A stretch of 64,000 nucleotides of DNA from an uncultured Hyphomicrobiales bacterium (GCA_964524325.1 CAZGCT010000005.1:61592-125591), one strand, 5' to 3'. Shown: positions 10,226-20,990, counted from the first letter of the stretch. The notes: generated by a model from the letters alone, not told the origin. Numbers and translations are program-made.

Positions 10226-10951
10226 TTATAAGTCAATAACTTCGAAGAGTTCTACTTCGAAAATAAGTACAGAATTTGGAGGAATTCTTCCAACAAGTCG
10301 GTCGCCGTAACCAAGCTGGGGAGGTACAAAGAAAACAAATTTGCTACCTTCGGGCATTAAAAGCAAACCTTCTTGAAAACCGCGGATAACTTTATCCAAT
10401 TCGAATTCAACAGGATTACCGCGAGAATAAGAATCGTCGAAAACAGTGCCGTCAATTAATGTTCCTTTATAGTGAATTTTGACTTTGCTAGTAGCAACGG
10501 GTTTTTTTCCAGCCCCAAGTTTCAACACTTTGAATTGTAATCCCGAGGTTGTTTCGTTTACCCCTTCTCTTTTTTTATTTTCCTGTAAAAATGTTTGTGC
10601 TTTTTTCGAGTTTTCTTCTGCTTGTTGTTTTAATTCTTTTTCTTGTTTCTCGGCTTGTTCTTTACGTCGTTTTTCGATAATTGATTGAAGTTCAGCAATA
10701 TAGTTCTGAATTTCAGATTCAGGGATTTGCGGTTGCTTTTGAAAAATTCCGTCGGTGATTCCATCCAATACAATGTTGAAATCAAGGTCGAGAGAGTCGA
10801 ATCGGGCTTGGTTTGCAACGCTTCTTCCAATGTTAAAGCCAATAGAGTAAGAAGAAGAGTCTTTGTGTGTTTTAAATTTTGTTTTAGAAGCGATTAAGGA
10901 ATTTGATGTAAACAAAATAGCAAATAGAATAGCAAAAAGCCGAATATACAT
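10226..10951 (-). CDS. FKBP-type peptidyl-prolyl isomerase with FKBP_N domain
   Basis: Signal peptide; SYSIG, SGLQF, HYKGTLIDGTVFDDS, VIRGFQEGL, LGYG and IPPNSVLIFEVEL motifs. Confidence 0.95.
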   Translation of the reverse strand: MYIRLFAILFAILFTSNSLIASKTKFKTHKDSSSYSIGFNIGRSVANQARFDSLDLDFNIVLDGITDGIFQKQPQIPESEIQNYIAELQSIIEKRRKEQAEKQEKELKQQAEENSKKAQTFLQENKKREGVNETTSGLQFKVLKLGAGKKPVATSKVKIHYKGTLIDGTVFDDSYSRGNPVEFELDKVIRGFQEGLLLMPEGSKFVFFVPPQLGYGDRLVGRIPPNSVLIFEVELFEVIDL

Positions 10952-10963
10952 AGAACCTCCTAT

Positions 10964-12166
10964 TTATTCATCAATATTGTCTAATAGATGACCAAGTTTA
11001 TGCTTTTTTGTATGAAGATATTTATAGTTAATATCATTTGGGGAGATTTGCAACGGAACAAGCTCAACAACTTCAAGGCCGTAGCTTGCGATACCAACAC
11101 GTTTTTTGGGATTATTGGTCAAAAGTTTCATTTTGCGGACCCCTAAATCAGCAAGAATTTGAGCACCAATTCCATAATCACGTGGGTCGGGTTTAAAGCC
11201 AAGTAGAAGATTTGCCTCGACTGTGTCGTAACCTTGTTCTTGCAAAGCATAAGCTTTAATTTTGTTAATTAGACCAATGTCTCTGCCCTCTTGACGCATG
11301 TAAAGAAGCACTCCTTTTCCATCTGCGGAAATTTGGGTGAGTGCGGCGCGAAGTTGTTCGCCACAATCGCAACGCAAGGAGTTAAATACATCACCAGTCA
11401 AACATTCGGAATGGACACGAACTAGGACTGGTTCTTCGGGTTGCCAGCTACCTTTGATTAGGGCGACGTGCTCTTTGTTGTCCACAAGATTTTTATAAAC
11501 TTTAACAGCAAAATCCCCAAATTTAGTGGGCAAGTTGGCAGAGGCTACAGCTTTAACTAATTTATCCCGCTTAAATCTAAAAGCGATAAGGTCTTTAACG
11601 GTAATTATTTTTAAAGAAAATTGCTCAGCAAATTTTTCCAAATCTGGGCGACGAGCCATAGAGCCATCATCGTTTATAATCTCGCAGAGTACACCAGAGG
11701 GAAACAATCCAGCAAGCCGCATTAAATCGACTGCAGCTTCTGTGTGCCCAGCGCGGCGAAGTACGCCTTCTTTTACGGCGATGAGGGGGAAAATGTGCCC
11801 TGGTCGGGCTAAATCCGAAGGCTTTGTTGTTGGATTAACAAGGGCTCGTACGGTTTTTGCCCTGTCGAAGGCGGAAATACCAGAAGTTGTGCCATGGATA
11901 TAATCAACAGAAACAGTGAATCTTGTTCCATGCAACCCAGTTCCTTCTCTTACCATAACATCAAGTTCGAGTTCGCGTGCACGGTCTTCGGTAATTGCAA
12001 CACAAATTAGCCCGCGAGCGTGGGTTGCCATAAAGTTGATAGTATCTGGGGTACAAAGTTCGGAGGCTGCGATTAGGTCTCCTTCGTTCTCTCTGTCTTC
12101 ATCGTCGACAACAATCACCATTTTGCCAGATGCTAAATCGTTCAGAGCTTCTTCAATTGTGTCCAT
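10964..12166 (-). CDS. ribBA: Bifunctional DHBP synthase / GTP cyclohydrolase II
   Basis: [38 protein letters not shown] and TNNP motifs. Confidence 0.98.
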   Translation of the reverse strand: MDTIEEALNDLASGKMVIVVDDEDRENEGDLIAASELCTPDTINFMATHARGLICVAITEDRARELELDVMVREGTGLHGTRFTVSVDYIHGTTSGISAFDRAKTVRALVNPTTKPSDLARPGHIFPLIAVKEGVLRRAGHTEAAVDLMRLAGLFPSGVLCEIINDDGSMARRPDLEKFAEQFSLKIITVKDLIAFRFKRDKLVKAVASANLPTKFGDFAVKVYKNLVDNKEHVALIKGSWQPEEPVLVRVHSECLTGDVFNSLRCDCGEQLRAALTQISADGKGVLLYMRQEGRDIGLINKIKAYALQEQGYDTVEANLLLGFKPDPRDYGIGAQILADLGVRKMKLLTNNPKKRVGIASYGLEVVELVPLQISPNDINYKYLHTKKHKLGHLLDNIDE

Positions 12167-12177
12167 AGGAAATCGAA

Positions 12178-12504
12178 TTATTGCTTTTTACCAGCTATAG
12201 CATTTTTTTCAAATTGAATTTTGCAATTGTCAGATACTTGCAAAGTAATAGTGGAGCCATCCATATCGACAATAGTGCCGTGAATACCAGAAGAAGTAAT
12301 TACGCGGTCGCCTTTTTTCAAATTTTCGAGCATCTTTTGGTGTTCTTTTTGTCTTTTTTGCGCTGGGCGTATCATCAGTAGGTACATTATTAGAAAAATC
12401 GAGGCAAACATAATGAGGGTTACGAGCATTCCACTACCACTTCCTTGGGAGCCACCACCTTGGGGTGGAACAAAAGCAAAAAAATTGGCTAAAGATAAAA
12501 ACAT
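12178..12504 (-). CDS. yajC: Preprotein translocase subunit YajC
   Basis: One TM helix, [25 protein letters not shown]; lies next to tgt; AAGGAG RBS. Confidence 0.95.
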   Translation of the reverse strand: MFLSLANFFAFVPPQGGGSQGSGSGMLVTLIMFASIFLIMYLLMIRPAQKRQKEHQKMLENLKKGDRVITSSGIHGTIVDMDGSTITLQVSDNCKIQFEKNAIAGKKQ

Positions 12505-12523
12505 AATTTTCTCCTTTTTTAAA

Positions 12524-13654
12524 TTAATCCTCTGAAAATTTCAAAATTAAGTCATTTTTCCATAAACGGAATAAATCGGAAAGTATTTTTTCTCTTGCTG
12601 TCGAAACAATCCATTGATAAAAGGCAAGGTTTTGATAGGTGGCAAGTGTTAGACCAAGAATTTCGTCGGTCATAAACAAATGACGAAGATAACCAAGAGT
12701 AAAATTTTGAGAGATTTGGTTGTTTAAATTTGGGTCGATTGGTTCTTTCGAAAATTTGTATTTGGCATTTCTGAGATTAATTTTGCCTCTTGTAGTAAAA
12801 ATTTGACCATTCCTGCCATTTCGAGTTGGTAAAACACAATCGAACATATCGATACCAAGTTCAATACATTCTAATAGGTTTCGTGGTGTGCCCACGCCCA
12901 TTAAATAACGAGGTTTCTCAAAAGGAAGAAAATCGGTGCAAAGATTTGTGATGTCATACATTGCTTCTTCAGGTTCTCCAACGGATAGTCCGCCAATTGC
13001 ATAGCCATGGAAATCTAATTTTAACAAGTCATCTATTGCACGTCGACGCAAGTCAGGAAATGTTCCACCTTGGACAATACCAAAAAGGTATTGGTTTCGG
13101 CTCCAAAGTGCATCGGTTTTATTGAATTCCAGAATACTTCTTTTTGCCCAATTATAAGTCCTTTCGATTGAGTTCAATACTCTCTCATAATCTGCAGGAT
13201 ATTCTACACAATCGTCAAGAACCATCATTATATCGGAGCCAAGGATTCTTTGGTGCTGTATTACAGATTCCGGGGAGAAAAAATGCTTAGAACCATCGAT
13301 GTGCGAGCGAAATTCAACACCAAGGTCTGATAATTTCCTAAAATTTTGTAGAGAAAAAACTTGGTACCCACCGCTATCAGTTAAAATACACTTGTTCCAG
13401 TTCATAAAATTGTGCAAGCCTTTGAAATCTTGGATTACATCCAATCCTGGCCGTAAGTATAAATGGTAAGTATTTCCTAAAATCAATTTAAATCCAAGAT
13501 CAGTTAAAGAGTTATGCATAATTGCTTTGACAGTTCCGTAAGTACCAACTGGCATAAAAACAGGAGTTTGAATTTCGACTCCGTTTAATAAAAAAGTTCC
13601 CGCTCTTGCTTTACAGTCACTTGCAGCTTTTTCTATTTTGAAGAAAGAACTCAT
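12524..13654 (-). CDS. tgt: tRNA-guanine transglycosylase
   Basis: TPVFMPVGT, NTYHL, TDSGGYQV, GIVQGG, RYLMGVG and DMFDCV motifs; start set at ATG 13654 (TAATG overlap with upstream gene). Confidence 0.97.
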   Translation of the reverse strand: MSSFFKIEKAASDCKARAGTFLLNGVEIQTPVFMPVGTYGTVKAIMHNSLTDLGFKLILGNTYHLYLRPGLDVIQDFKGLHNFMNWNKCILTDSGGYQVFSLQNFRKLSDLGVEFRSHIDGSKHFFSPESVIQHQRILGSDIMMVLDDCVEYPADYERVLNSIERTYNWAKRSILEFNKTDALWSRNQYLFGIVQGGTFPDLRRRAIDDLLKLDFHGYAIGGLSVGEPEEAMYDITNLCTDFLPFEKPRYLMGVGTPRNLLECIELGIDMFDCVLPTRNGRNGQIFTTRGKINLRNAKYKFSKEPIDPNLNNQISQNFTLGYLRHLFMTDEILGLTLATYQNLAFYQWIVSTAREKILSDLFRLWKNDLILKFSED

Positions 13655-14040
13655 TATGTCCAATCCAATTTTTTGCTCAACCATTTGCGTAGCATTTTTA
13701 AAAACAAAAGGGAAAAGACAATACCAAGAGAATCTGCAAGCCAGTCGGAAAAATCACATACCCTACCTGGTACAAAAAGTTGGTGAATTTCATCCAAAAA
13801 GGCATAGAAAATACCAATTACCAGCACAAGAAAAGATATTCGTAGGTTGCTTTCAATGGTAATCGTAGCAATTATTAACGAAATACCGAAAAGAAAATAT
13901 AAAATAAAATGCAAGACTTTGTCTTGCCAATCGAAAACATTTTGTGGGATCATTTCATTGGGTATTTGAGAAAGGAAAAATATGCCTATACCAAAAATAA
14001 TAGCTGGCAACTTTAAGTAAAATTTCTTTTTCAACTTCAA
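13654..14040 (-). CDS. VanZ family membrane protein
   Basis: DKVLHF, DEIHQLFVPGR and DWLADSLG motifs. Confidence 0.88.
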   Translation of the reverse strand: MKLKKKFYLKLPAIIFGIGIFFLSQIPNEMIPQNVFDWQDKVLHFILYFLFGISLIIATITIESNLRISFLVLVIGIFYAFLDEIHQLFVPGRVCDFSDWLADSLGIVFSLLFLKMLRKWLSKKLDWT

Positions 14041-15549
14041 TTACAAGACCTCCGGCAGAAAATTGATAATAGACGAAGCAGTCAATGTTTCCATGCCAAA
14101 TTTATCTGCGTACAAGTCGCCAGCCAGAGCATGAACAAAAGCTGCAAGGGAAGTTGCAGAAAGGGTATCTAAGCCACGTGCAATAAATGAAGCAATAATC
14201 CCAGTAAGAACATCACCGCTTCCACCGGAGGCAATACCAGGATTGCCAGCCAAGCAAAGATATGCAATTTCTCCGTCTGTTGTAACTGGGGGTACAGTTT
14301 TTAGATGCATTATACAATTAAGATTCGATGCCCATTCTTTTGCAAGGGAAAAAGATGAATTATCAATACTATTTCTAGGGACATTGATTATTCTAGATAG
14401 TTCACCGCTGTGTGGGGTTACAACAATGTTTTTATTGAGAGACGTACTTAGATCGATTGCTTTCAAAGCATCTGCATCGACGACTATTTTTTTGTTATCC
14501 TTGTAAGCGGAAAGAACTTTTTGGACAAAATCCAATGTTTCGGGATTGTCTGTAAGTCCGGGACCAATAGCAATAGAATCTGCTTTTTCAAGGTCTTCCT
14601 TTAATAAATCTAATGCTTTAACTGAAATCGAACCGGAATTTGTGGCGGGTAGTGGGAATCTAATTACTTCAGGCAAAAGTGCAGAGTGGAAAGAAGTGCT
14701 TGCAAGAATAGTGAGCCCAGCCCCAGACTTAATTGAAGCATTAGCAGCAAGGCAAGCAGCACCGGGGTAGTGTTCCGAGCCAGCAATTATCAACACTCTA
14801 CCATAATCAAATTTAGAGCTAATTCTTTTCCTCGGGGGAATCAAGGTAGTTAAATCAGAATATTCGAAGGCAAAAGTGCGAGCAATGTTTTCAACAATAA
14901 AATTTGGAACACCTAAGTTAGCTATTAAAACTTCGCCTGTGAAATCCGGACCTTGGTTAATAAAAAGACCAAGTTTGGGAGAGAACATAGTAATTGTGTA
15001 ATCTGCATTAAAGCAGAACTCATTAGCAAAGCCAGTTAAAGAATTCAAACCGGTCGGGCAGTCGATAGCAATTTTCAACGAAACGGAATCCTTAATCTTT
15101 TTTAATATGTCTAATGCAAGTCCGTGGATATTTTCGCTACCACCAACACCAATCAAAGCATCGACAATAATTTCAGCATCTAATGAAAGCCCTTCAATAT
15201 CATTTGTGTTTTCCAATTTTTTAGTAGGAATGCCTAAGTTTTTTGCAATTAAGAAGTTGGTATGAGTTTCTGGGCTCATTTTAGATTCTTCCCCAATCCA
15301 ATAGATTTTAACTTCGAACTTGTCGCAAAGATGGCGAGCAAGGGCAAAACCGTCCCCACCGTTGTTCCCGCTTCCACAGAAGAAGACAAACTCTGGTTCA
15401 ACAAGTTCTTCGACCTCTATTATTTGTTGAATAAATGTTGCGGAGGAACGAGCCGCATTTTCCATTAAAACCAAGGATGGTACTCCGAAATGTTCAATTG
15501 CTGTTGAATCTGCTCTCCGCATTTCATCTGGTGTTAGGATGAATTTCAT
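14041..15549 (-). CDS. nnr: Bifunctional NAD(P)HX epimerase/dehydratase
   Basis: LMENAA, GSGNNGGDG, AIDCPTG, IGPG, DAD, TPHSGE and GGSGDVLTG motifs; AAGGAG RBS. Confidence 0.96.
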   Translation of the reverse strand: MKFILTPDEMRRADSTAIEHFGVPSLVLMENAARSSATFIQQIIEVEELVEPEFVFFCGSGNNGGDGFALARHLCDKFEVKIYWIGEESKMSPETHTNFLIAKNLGIPTKKLENTNDIEGLSLDAEIIVDALIGVGGSENIHGLALDILKKIKDSVSLKIAIDCPTGLNSLTGFANEFCFNADYTITMFSPKLGLFINQGPDFTGEVLIANLGVPNFIVENIARTFAFEYSDLTTLIPPRKRISSKFDYGRVLIIAGSEHYPGAACLAANASIKSGAGLTILASTSFHSALLPEVIRFPLPATNSGSISVKALDLLKEDLEKADSIAIGPGLTDNPETLDFVQKVLSAYKDNKKIVVDADALKAIDLSTSLNKNIVVTPHSGELSRIINVPRNSIDNSSFSLAKEWASNLNCIMHLKTVPPVTTDGEIAYLCLAGNPGIASGGSGDVLTGIIASFIARGLDTLSATSLAAFVHALAGDLYADKFGMETLTASSIINFLPEVL

Positions 15550-16213
15550 TTTGCTTCTCCTTTAAAAAACAACTCTCATGATTCATAAGGGTTTTAAACG
15601 CACTTTCACCTGAAGCGAGATAATTAGAAAGAATGGAAGCCTTCTTCTTGCAAATTTTATCAATTGGAGATTGAAAAATTAATTTATTTGCAACATTTGA
15701 AAGCTTGTAAAGTTTTCTTTTATCCAATTTTAATTCTCTAGTAGTTGATTTTTCACTTTCTACAAAGGGGATATGTGGAGCAATGCAATTTTCGAGAATT
15801 TTTCCGAAAGAATAGCCTTTGTTGATATTAATTAATTTTAAAATAATGTTTATATAATCAAAATTAGAACATTTATTTACTTCCAAGAATAAATAATATT
15901 TGCGGACACTTCCCAAAAGGAAAAGGTTTCTGCACATAAATTGAACATCAAAGCTGCACCCGTTGGAAAATTTTAAGATTATTCTATTTGCTTTTTTGAA
16001 AGAATACTTTTTGTTCCCGATAGCGAAGTATATTCTTTCAACCCAATTATTTACAATATCCAAGGAAGCTGGATAAAGATAGACAGGGCAAATGACCACG
16101 TCTACGGCATCCATTACACTTTTTTCTTTGGAAGTATTGGGTTTTGGATTGACTGGACATAATGGAATTAAAACCAAAGTACCTTTAATATGGATATTAA
16201 ACATAATATTCAA
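15524..16213 (-). CDS. Hypothetical protein (no family recognised), 8 Cys
   Basis: 229 stop-free codons in AT-rich DNA, no competing ORF of 60 aa or more on the other strand; overlaps both neighbours; true start uncertain (TTG 16213 or ATG 16204). Confidence 0.5.
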   Translation of the reverse strand: MNIMFNIHIKGTLVLIPLCPVNPKPNTSKEKSVMDAVDVVICPVYLYPASLDIVNNWVERIYFAIGNKKYSFKKANRIILKFSNGCSFDVQFMCRNLFLLGSVRKYYLFLEVNKCSNFDYINIILKLININKGYSFGKILENCIAPHIPFVESEKSTTRELKLDKRKLYKLSNVANKLIFQSPIDKICKKKASILSNYLASGESAFKTLMNHESCFLKEKQNEIHPNTR

Positions 16214-16832
16214 TCAAATGATTGACTAACAGTTTGGCATATTCGACTCCGTCGTCTTCGATAATATCCAACCACTTAACTGCAGGGAATTCGTCTATCA
16301 TTTTATCTTGGAGTTTTCCGGTTATTCCTTTTTCTATTAACTTGGCAAAGAAGTAATCAGCGATTTTTACAAAATCTTCCATTTTGTTTGATAGTCTTTT
16401 GTCGAGCAAGTCACGAAAGTAACGGGACAAAAAAGGAGCTTTTCTTTGAGTTGAAATAGAAATCACAAGGTCGCCACGTTTTACGTATGAGGGCACGAAA
16501 AAAGTTGAGTCGTCTTGCTTGCCAAAGAAGTTTATTAAAGTTCGAGTCATTTTTGCATCGTTTTTCACCTTAAGTTCAATTTCTTTATCCTCTGTTTCGA
16601 CGAAAACTAAATCGAAATTGGCTAGTTCTCCTTCTTGGTATTTTCGGGACTCGTATTCCAGACTGTTGGCGTCGATTATATTTTTAAGTTCTGGAGATAT
16701 TTCGGGAGCAATTATTTTGGGGGAAGCATTGAATAGAAGCAAACTCTTAACTGTGTTGGTAGAGTTTTGCCCGCCACCAACAACAAGAATATTAACATTT
16801 TCTAAGTTAATAAATATTGGAAAATAGCCCAT
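16197..16832 (-). CDS. Precorrin-2 dehydrogenase/sirohydrochlorin ferrochelatase (SirC/Met8, CysG N-terminal type)
   Basis: YFPIFINL, ILVVGGG, FFVPSYVKRGDLVISIST and APFLSR motifs; start set at ATG 16832. Confidence 0.88.
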   Translation of the reverse strand: MGYFPIFINLENVNILVVGGGQNSTNTVKSLLLFNASPKIIAPEISPELKNIIDANSLEYESRKYQEGELANFDLVFVETEDKEIELKVKNDAKMTRTLINFFGKQDDSTFFVPSYVKRGDLVISISTQRKAPFLSRYFRDLLDKRLSNKMEDFVKIADYFFAKLIEKGITGKLQDKMIDEFPAVKWLDIIEDDGVEYAKLLVNHLIEYYV

Positions 16833-16872
16833 AAAAAAAATCAAAAATAATAAATAGAATTATTTAAATTAG

Positions 16873-17388
16873 TTAAAGAGTTAACTTTAATCTTATCTCT
16901 TCGATGTTTTCAACAAAGAAGAAGTTGTTAATTTCAGATTTTTTAAAACCTTTTATGTTTCTATAGAGAAATCTATTGAGTTTTTTCCATTGTTTTCCAA
17001 TGCAAAAAACATTTTTTTGGGAAAGTCTGCGTTTGCTCAAGGCAAGAAGTGCTGCAAATTCAAGCAAAGTCCCGGTTTCACCTTCGAAAATAAAGAATAA
17101 ATCGCCAATTTCTATGAGTTTATTTAGTCTATCGATATAGGAACTAGTCTCGATTATTTTTGTTATGTATTTGTTTACGTTTTGATTGTAATTTTTAAAA
17201 ACAACGCCTATTCTTTGAACACCAGAATAGGAAGCACCTTTTGCGGATGCTTCCATAACACCAAAATAGCCGCCATTTGCAATATTATACCCTTTCTCAG
17301 CAAGAAATTTACCGAGATCGAATGCAGATTTATAAAGCTTAGTTTTTGGGGAGCAAGTCCCACTTCCGAAAATCACAGCCATTTGCAT
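16873..17388 (-). CDS. LOG family (Rossmann-fold, nucleotide-binding) protein
   Basis: AVIFGSG, LGKFLA, NGGYFGVMEASAKGA and GETGTLLE motifs. Confidence 0.8.
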   Translation of the reverse strand: MQMAVIFGSGTCSPKTKLYKSAFDLGKFLAEKGYNIANGGYFGVMEASAKGASYSGVQRIGVVFKNYNQNVNKYITKIIETSSYIDRLNKLIEIGDLFFIFEGETGTLLEFAALLALSKRRLSQKNVFCIGKQWKKLNRFLYRNIKGFKKSEINNFFFVENIEEIRLKLTL

Positions 17389-17445
17389 ACCATTTTACCT
17401 GCTGATTAAAAAATTCGTAATATTGTAATTTATTAAAAATTTTCA

Positions 17446-18387
17446 ATGAAAATTTCAGTTGTAATTCCAACCCGTAACCGAAAAGATATTTTAATCGAGA
17501 CATTAAAAGCATATCAAAGGCAAACATACGCAAACAAAGAAATAGTGGTAATCGATAACTGTTCCACTGACGGCACAAAAGAAAGCATACCAATTCTTTT
17601 CCCAGAAATAAAATATTTCTGGTTGCCAGAGAATTTTGATATACGCTCAATAATACTTGGAGTGTTTTGGTCGACTGGGGATATTATCTGGCGATGCGAT
17701 AGCGATTCGTATCCTGAAAGCGACGACGCATTTGAAAAAGTTGTTGAAATATTTGATAAATATCCTGAGATAGACATAATTGGAACAGAAGATGTTGAAG
17801 TCCGCCGTGGTTATCAAGTTTGGAATTGGTATCCCTTGAAAATAGACCGGAAGAAAATTCCCCCAGAAGGTTTTGTTTCAAACGGATTTTGTGGGACTGG
17901 AGCTGCAATTCGGAGAAAAGTATTCGATGCAATTGGGGGATTCAATGGTTTTGGTTACGAAGAATACGATTTTTCGGCACGGGCTATTATTGCTGGTTTC
18001 AATATTCGGTTTTTTCCAAATATTAGAACCTTACATTTTGCCTCGATTAAAGAAAGGGATATTCCATTTCGTTGGCTTTGTTCGAGCGAACAATTCGTAA
18101 GGTTTAACTGGAAGTTTTTTCCCTTTTTCCGTGCGTTAGGAAGGACTGTGGTAACATTTGTGTTTCAAATCTTGGAAGGAATAGTCCGCCGAATTTCTCC
18201 AATTGTGTTGCTCGAAGGCATACTTTTGATGGCGATAACAATACTCCGAACAATACGAACCGAGAGAATGGTTGCTTCTTCGGATAAGTTGAAGATTATT
18301 ACATTGGGGAAAAGTCTTTTTTCAATGCAGTCAAAATACTTTTGCGAGATGCTTCAGGTTAAACTTAAAAAGCTTTTAAAGCGATGA
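17446..18387 (+). CDS. Glycosyltransferase family 2
   Basis: ISVVIPTRNR, VIDNCSTDGT, DSD, and GFGYEEYDF motifs. Confidence 0.9.
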   Translation: MKISVVIPTRNRKDILIETLKAYQRQTYANKEIVVIDNCSTDGTKESIPILFPEIKYFWLPENFDIRSIILGVFWSTGDIIWRCDSDSYPESDDAFEKVVEIFDKYPEIDIIGTEDVEVRRGYQVWNWYPLKIDRKKIPPEGFVSNGFCGTGAAIRRKVFDAIGGFNGFGYEEYDFSARAIIAGFNIRFFPNIRTLHFASIKERDIPFRWLCSSEQFVRFNWKFFPFFRALGRTVVTFVFQILEGIVRRISPIVLLEGILLMAITILRTIRTERMVASSDKLKIITLGKSLFSMQSKYFCEMLQVKLKKLLKR

Positions 18388-19580
18388 AAATACTTCAAAT
18401 TTCCCCTCAATTTCCTTATCCGCTGGACAGTGGTGGTAAAATTGGAATTTATAATATTATAAAGCAATTAAGTGAATTCGGTGCGGAAATCTATTTGGCT
18501 GCATACTCGAAGGATTTTGTGCCTGAGGAATTTATAAAGCATTTTGCTTCTTTTTGTCATCCGTATGTTATTTACGAAAACACAGCTAATACGTTGCCCA
18601 GGGTTGCATATTACTTTTATAAAAACAAACCAATTTATACAGAAAAATATTTTACCAAAAAGAGTCAAGATTTTTTCTGCAAATTGTTGCAAGAAATTAC
18701 CTTTGATATTATTCATCTGGACCACACTGCTATGTATTCCATTGGGAAATGGATAAGCGAAAAATCTAAAGTTCCTTTTGGTTTGCGACTACACAATATT
18801 GAATGGCTTATTTGGCAGCGATACCTTGATGAGCAACCAAACCTTTCTTTCAAAAGAATTTTTTTTAAACAACAAACCAATTTGCTTCGAGGCAAAGAAA
18901 AAGAAGCAATAAATAATGCGATTGTATCATTTGTTTGTACTGAAGAGGATAGAGCAAGGGCTTTGGAACTTGTGCCTGATGCTAACGTTTTGGTTGCCTC
19001 ACCTGGAGTGGATTTAAACTTTTGGGTAATTGACAACAAAATCGAAAGGAATCGATACGAAATAGTCTTGGCAACAACTTACGATTGGAAGCCTAATGTC
19101 GATGGTTTGAAATGGTATTTAAACAATGTGCATCCATTAATCCTTGAAAAAGAACCAAAAGCTTTCCTTACAATTTTGGGAAAGAACCCTCCTAAATTTT
19201 GCCGAAATTATCCTAATGTGAAAGTGGTTGGGTACGTAGATAAAGTGCAACCATATTACAACAGGAGCAACTTGTTTATTGTTCCACTTTTTGTAGCTAG
19301 TGGAGTGAGAATGCGAATATACGAGGCAATGTCGATGGGCTTACCAGTAGTGTCGACCAGTATTGGTGCAGAAGGAATTGATGCAGAGGAGGAAAATGGT
19401 TTATTTATTGCAAATTCACCAAGAGAATTTGCAGAAAAGGTCTTGTTTTTAATAGAAAATCCGGATGTTTCTAAAATGCTTGGTGGTAAAACCCGAAAAT
19501 ATATCGAAACAAATTACTCCGTAAAGAAAACTATTAGGATAATTTACGACACCTACAGTAAAATTTTGTCGGAAGCATAA
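18384..19580 (+). CDS. Glycosyltransferase family 4
   Basis: FPYPLDSGG, HNIE, PNVDG, GVRMRIYEAMSMGLPVVSTSIGAEG motifs; ATGA overlap with the GT2 gene. Confidence 0.9.
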   Translation: MKILQISPQFPYPLDSGGKIGIYNIIKQLSEFGAEIYLAAYSKDFVPEEFIKHFASFCHPYVIYENTANTLPRVAYYFYKNKPIYTEKYFTKKSQDFFCKLLQEITFDIIHLDHTAMYSIGKWISEKSKVPFGLRLHNIEWLIWQRYLDEQPNLSFKRIFFKQQTNLLRGKEKEAINNAIVSFVCTEEDRARALELVPDANVLVASPGVDLNFWVIDNKIERNRYEIVLATTYDWKPNVDGLKWYLNNVHPLILEKEPKAFLTILGKNPPKFCRNYPNVKVVGYVDKVQPYYNRSNLFIVPLFVASGVRMRIYEAMSMGLPVVSTSIGAEGIDAEEENGLFIANSPREFAEKVLFLIENPDVSKMLGGKTRKYIETNYSVKKTIRIIYDTYSKILSEA

Positions 19581-19637
19581 CCAAAGAATTTTTGGATTTA
19601 GGAAGAGAAACATAAGATTTATTTATTTGCGTTACCT

Positions 19638-19658
19638 GCTTCGAATAATATTCGAAGC
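19638..19658. promoter_or_regulatory. Perfect 10-1-10 inverted repeat upstream of greA
   Basis: GCTTCGAATA-A-TATTCGAAGC, no flanking U-tract; function unknown. Confidence 0.35.
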
Positions 19659-19806
19659 GAGTCTGAAATCGAAAAGTTTTACAAACAGGTTGTTATCTAT
19701 TTTCACCAAAACAAGAAAAAAATAAAAATGGAATGATTCCGTTTTTTTTGGTAAGCCATTTAAAATGGCGACTTTTTTTATTATTAAAAATCAAAAGTGG
19801 AACGCT

Positions 19807-20280
19807 ATGAGCGATGTGGTTTATTTAACCGAAGAGCGTTTTTTAGAATTACAAAAAGAATTAATTGAATTAAAGACTAAGGGACGCAAAGAAGTAGCTC
19901 AAAAGATAGCCGAGGCAAGGTCGCACGGCGATTTGTCGGAAAATGCGGAATATGATTCTGCAAAACATCAACAAGAACTCCTTGAGATGCGAATTTCGAA
20001 ACTGGAGGATACCTTGAGCAAAGCACAAGTAATTCGTCCCGAAGAACTTCCCAACGATAAAATTTATATTTTGTCGAAGGTGAAAGTCAAAAATTTGAAA
20101 ACCAATAAGATTTTGGAATACATTTTAGTTAGCCCAGAAGAAGCGGATTTCGAACGAGGAAAGCTTTCTGTAACCTCCCCAATTGGCAAAGCATTGCTCG
20201 GGAAAAAACCTGGAGATGTTGTCGAAGTAAACATTCCTGCTGGGAAAATTCAATTCGAAATACTCGATATAAAAAGATAA
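19807..20280 (+). CDS. greA: Transcription elongation factor GreA
   Basis: ARSHGDLSENAEYDSAK and SVTSPIGKALLGK motifs; start set at ATG 19807. Confidence 0.97.
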   Translation: MSDVVYLTEERFLELQKELIELKTKGRKEVAQKIAEARSHGDLSENAEYDSAKHQQELLEMRISKLEDTLSKAQVIRPEELPNDKIYILSKVKVKNLKTNKILEYILVSPEEADFERGKLSVTSPIGKALLGKKPGDVVEVNIPAGKIQFEILDIKR

Positions 20281-20286
20281 ATTTGG

Positions 20287-20895
20287 ATGAAGAAGGAAAA
20301 GGATGGAGACTTAACCACCGATCAGGAATTTGCATTAATACAAGAAATTCTTGGTGGGAATATTAATCTTTTTGAAAAGCTCCAAAAAAAGTACCAAAAG
20401 CCTTTAACCCTTCTTGTAAGTCGAATGGTACAAGATAGCGAGGACGTACGCGATATCGTTCAAGAGACCTTCATTCGTGCATACAATAATTTACCTTTTT
20501 TTAAAAAGGAATATTCCTTTCGTTCCTGGTTATTCAAAATTGCTTCGAATTTGTGTATAGATTTTTTTCGCAAACGGAGAACTCAGACCATATCAATTGA
20601 GCAATCCTATTCGATTAATGAAGATGGTCCGCATTTGGATTTTCCAGACAAAGAATCTGATCCTTACCAAAAAATAATTGCTGATGAACGGAAAAAGACT
20701 TTGCATCAAGCAATACAAATGCTACCAGAGCATTACCGCCAAATTATTATACTAAGACATTTTGAAGATCTCGACTATCAAGAAATAGCAAACAAACTTT
20801 CACTTCCTCTTGGTACAGTAAAGGTACATCTTTTTCGAGCCCGAAAAGCTTTATTAGAAATTTTGAAGTTGAAACGTTTTGAATATGGGGTTTAA
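20287..20895 (+). CDS. ECF RNA polymerase sigma factor
   Basis: DIVQETFIRAY, FRSWLFKIASNLCID and YQEIANKLSLPLGTVKVHLFRAR (regions 2 and 4). Confidence 0.93.
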   Translation: MKKEKDGDLTTDQEFALIQEILGGNINLFEKLQKKYQKPLTLLVSRMVQDSEDVRDIVQETFIRAYNNLPFFKKEYSFRSWLFKIASNLCIDFFRKRRTQTISIEQSYSINEDGPHLDFPDKESDPYQKIIADERKKTLHQAIQMLPEHYRQIIILRHFEDLDYQEIANKLSLPLGTVKVHLFRARKALLEILKLKRFEYGV

Positions 20896-20990
20896 ATGAT
20901 GAATTCAAAACTAATGTTTCCTTTCACAGCTTAATTCTAAATATTAAAAATAAAATATCGTTTATAGACATTACAAATTTGGTAACGGCT

